Virus record (IMG/VR): IMGVR_UViG_2565956616_000008
DNA length: 37,425 nucleotides
Direction: 5' to 3' (one strand)
From: a virus
Lineage: Duplodnaviria > Heunggongvirae > Uroviricota > Caudoviricetes
A program made the translations under genes and the position numbers. The notes beneath the pieces are model-generated. The model searched no databases and was not told where the DNA came from. It saw nothing but the letters and a program-made list of their open reading frames with translations. The stretch's first letter is position 1, and every line of letters starts with the position of its first letter. Below are positions 34,424-37,425 of the stretch, one piece after another.

Positions 34424-35089
34424 ATGAATATGCAAATTTTTATTGGACCAACAGCCACAGTTGCCGCGGTCTGCCTTGCTGCATATTTTGCTTTACGAAA
34501 TGAGCGTAAAAAGAAAGCGCTTGAGATTAGAACAACTCAACTAGATCGAATATCTGAGCTAGTAAGCAGAGCATCTACCAATTTGATGCAATATACAGGT
34601 ACTCTTGCCTCTATACTGGAAGCGCACACCAAAGAAAATTATCTACCAGACCACAAATTTAACATTAATGAAATTAGCAAATGGAAAAATGATCTCGATA
34701 AGAGAGAAGATTGGGCTATTGATATACAGCAACTAAGAACATGCCAGCACAACCTGGAGTTTCATCGTGAAAAAGAATGGGCTGAATGGGAAAAAATAAT
34801 TCCACCATTACTTGATAAAATTAACCAATTTTTTCTCATATCCAAGCCGGGGCAACCTGTTACGCTTATAAATGGTCAAAATAAAACAGTCGATGAACTG
34901 ATTGCTTTCTCAATATACTTACAACAACAAACAGAAGAAATTAAAGCGGTACGTAAGCTGCTACTTTCTCAAATGAGAGAAGAATTCATCGAGTTAACTA
35001 GCTTTGAACCTGTCACAATATTTAGCTTATTAAAATCAATAAAGAAAAGTGTCCTGCAATTTTTCTGTATCAGTGCTCTTAAAAATTGA
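34424..35089 (+). CDS. AT-rich cargo gene: membrane-anchored hypothetical protein
   Basis: 221 aa from ATG 34424 (AGAGGA 7 nt upstream); N-terminal TM helix (IFIGPTATVAAVCLAAYFAL) then a charged helical domain; AT-rich relative to flanking phage DNA; own terminator downstream. Confidence 0.55.
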   Translation: MNMQIFIGPTATVAAVCLAAYFALRNERKKKALEIRTTQLDRISELVSRASTNLMQYTGTLASILEAHTKENYLPDHKFNINEISKWKNDLDKREDWAIDIQQLRTCQHNLEFHREKEWAEWEKIIPPLLDKINQFFLISKPGQPVTLINGQNKTVDELIAFSIYLQQQTEEIKAVRKLLLSQMREEFIELTSFEPVTIFSLLKSIKKSVLQFFCISALKN

Positions 35090-35106
35090 CGCTCTGTTAC
35101 AAGCAA

Positions 35107-35134
35107 CCCCAGTGTTAAACTGGGGTTATTCTTG
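35107..35134 (+). terminator. rho-independent terminator after the cargo gene
   Basis: CCCCAGT-gttaa-ACTGGGG hairpin followed by TTATTCTT. Confidence 0.6.
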
Positions 35135-35238
35135 CTAAGAGACCTTTATACGGCATAAGTAAACAAAGAGAACTATCAGTTGGAGTCTGAGCAAGTTCAG
35201 CCTAAACTAGCGACAGTACCACGTTAAGGGAGGTCGCT

Positions 35239-35499
35239 ATGTTCCGTTGTCCGCTTTGTGGCGCATCTGCCCGTATCCGCACCAGTCGTCCGGAAAATGA
35301 TTCAAACACCGTGCGGCAAAAGTATTACCAGTGCAACAACCTGGAATGCGGCGTATGCTTCTCAACACTGGAAGCTTTCCATAAATTCACATCGAAACAC
35401 GCCTCCGGCATCCACTCTTCAGAAGGTATCCCGTGGCATGAGCTGCCAGCTTCACACAGGGGAAACAATCAGATGAGCTTGCCTTTACCTCAGAATTAA
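35239..35499 (+). CDS. ogr: Ogr/Delta-type zinc-finger late-gene activator
   Basis: 86 aa; CPLCGASARIRTSR...YYQCNNLECGVCF four-Cys pattern as in the P2 Ogr family; GGGAGG upstream. Confidence 0.85.
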   Translation: MFRCPLCGASARIRTSRPENDSNTVRQKYYQCNNLECGVCFSTLEAFHKFTSKHASGIHSSEGIPWHELPASHRGNNQMSLPLPQN

Positions 35500-35559
35500 C
35501 AGGCAGAATTGCCGGAGTAACAAAAAAGCGATAGATTACGCGCGGGTGCCTTTCGGCTG

Positions 35560-35772
35560 ATGGTCGGAGGGAATACCCGAAGGCCGGATGTGGAAAGGCC
35601 CCGGAAAACATTTTTGTTTAACCGAGGCCCTGACCATACAACCTTCGCAAGTCGTAGGTTAGCGCCTCTCCAACAAAGGAGCAAGCGCTATGTCGCAAAA
35701 ATCGCTTATGGCCATCACGTTCTGCGTGACGGTAATCCTCATCATCTGGATGCTGCACGGTTCGCTGTGTGA
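35560..35772 (+). CDS. mok-like overlapping reading frame of the hok-type locus
   Basis: 70-codon ORF in a different frame overlapping the leader and 5' part of the hok-like gene, the arrangement known for mok/hok. Confidence 0.35.
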   Translation: MVGGNTRRPDVERPRKTFLFNRGPDHTTFASRRLAPLQQRSKRYVAKIAYGHHVLRDGNPHHLDAARFAV

Positions 35773-35830
35773 AATACGGATGAGCTTCTGGGGAGCGGAG
35801 TTTGCGGCGTTCTTACAGTGTAAGCAGTAA
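35690..35830 (+). CDS. hok: Hok/Gef-family type I toxin (46 aa)
   Basis: Translation MSQKSLMAITFCVTVILIIWMLHGSLCEIRMSFWGAEFAAFLQCKQ: TM helix then conserved SLCEIR...E(F/V)AAF as in Hok/Gef as recalled; AAGGAG 8 nt upstream; below the ORF-track size cut-off. Confidence 0.8.
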   Translation: MSQKSLMAITFCVTVILIIWMLHGSLCEIRMSFWGAEFAAFLQCKQ

Positions 35831-35921
35831 GGAAACCGCGACGGGGGAGCAATCCCCCGTCAATCGGTTGCCAGGGTAAAGGTCGAAAAGGCACCCTATT
35901 TCCAGTTGACGTGAACAACAA

Positions 35922-35954
35922 GCCCGCAGCGTAAAAACTGCGGGTTTTCTTTTT
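35922..35954 (+). terminator. rho-independent terminator
   Basis: CCCGCAG-N8-CTGCGGG hairpin followed by TTTTCTTTTT. Confidence 0.65.
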
Positions 35955-35986
35955 GGTTCCCTCACTCATGAGGAAACCAAAAACAA

Positions 35987-36017
35987 AGCCCACAGCATAG
36001 AAGCTGTGGGCTTTTTG
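35987..36017 (+). terminator. rho-independent terminator
   Basis: AGCCCACAGC...GCTGTGGGCT hairpin followed by TTTTT. Confidence 0.6.
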
Positions 36018-36089
36018 CATTCAAAGATGGACGTTATATGGACACTTAAAAATAAAATCCATTTATTTTCAAATGATTAAACCTCTACT

Positions 36090-36113
36090 TAAAGCGCCCG
36101 CAGGCGCTTTTTA
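36090..36113. terminator. Bidirectional terminator downstream of serS
   Basis: AGCGCC-cgca-GGCGCT hairpin flanked by AAA on one side and TTTTT on the other. Confidence 0.6.
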
Positions 36114-36132
36114 GATTCAGAAAAATTGGGTA

Positions 36133-37425
<1,293 letters not shown>

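Overview
The window is almost entirely a P2-like (Peduovirus-type) prophage of about 35.5 kb, lying next to a complete seryl-tRNA synthetase gene (serS, 36133..37425, minus strand). All calls are from reading the sequence and ORF track against remembered protein families; no database search was run. Left to right: integrase and C-type immunity repressor (minus strand), a plus-strand early operon (Cox-like protein, many small hypotheticals, an SPFH/band-7 lipoprotein, replication initiator A), an accessory region between A and the portal gene (decayed ParM/ParR-like partition module, an orphan ClpX zinc-binding-domain protein, two hypotheticals), a cos-proximal non-coding region, then portal Q and terminase P (minus), capsid and lysis genes O-N-M-L-X, holin, endolysin, spanins, tail genes R-S-V-W-J-I-H-G (plus), the sheath/tube/E/tape-measure/U block on the minus strand (inverted relative to the P2 order as I remember it), D, an AT-rich cargo gene, ogr, and a hok/sok-like type I toxin locus before serS. 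Most worth a second look: the orphan ClpX zinc-finger protein, a long-stem structured element in the early operon, the SPFH lipoprotein pair, the AT-rich cargo genes, the decayed partition module, the inverted tail block and the hok-like locus. attL lies outside the window and attR was not resolved.
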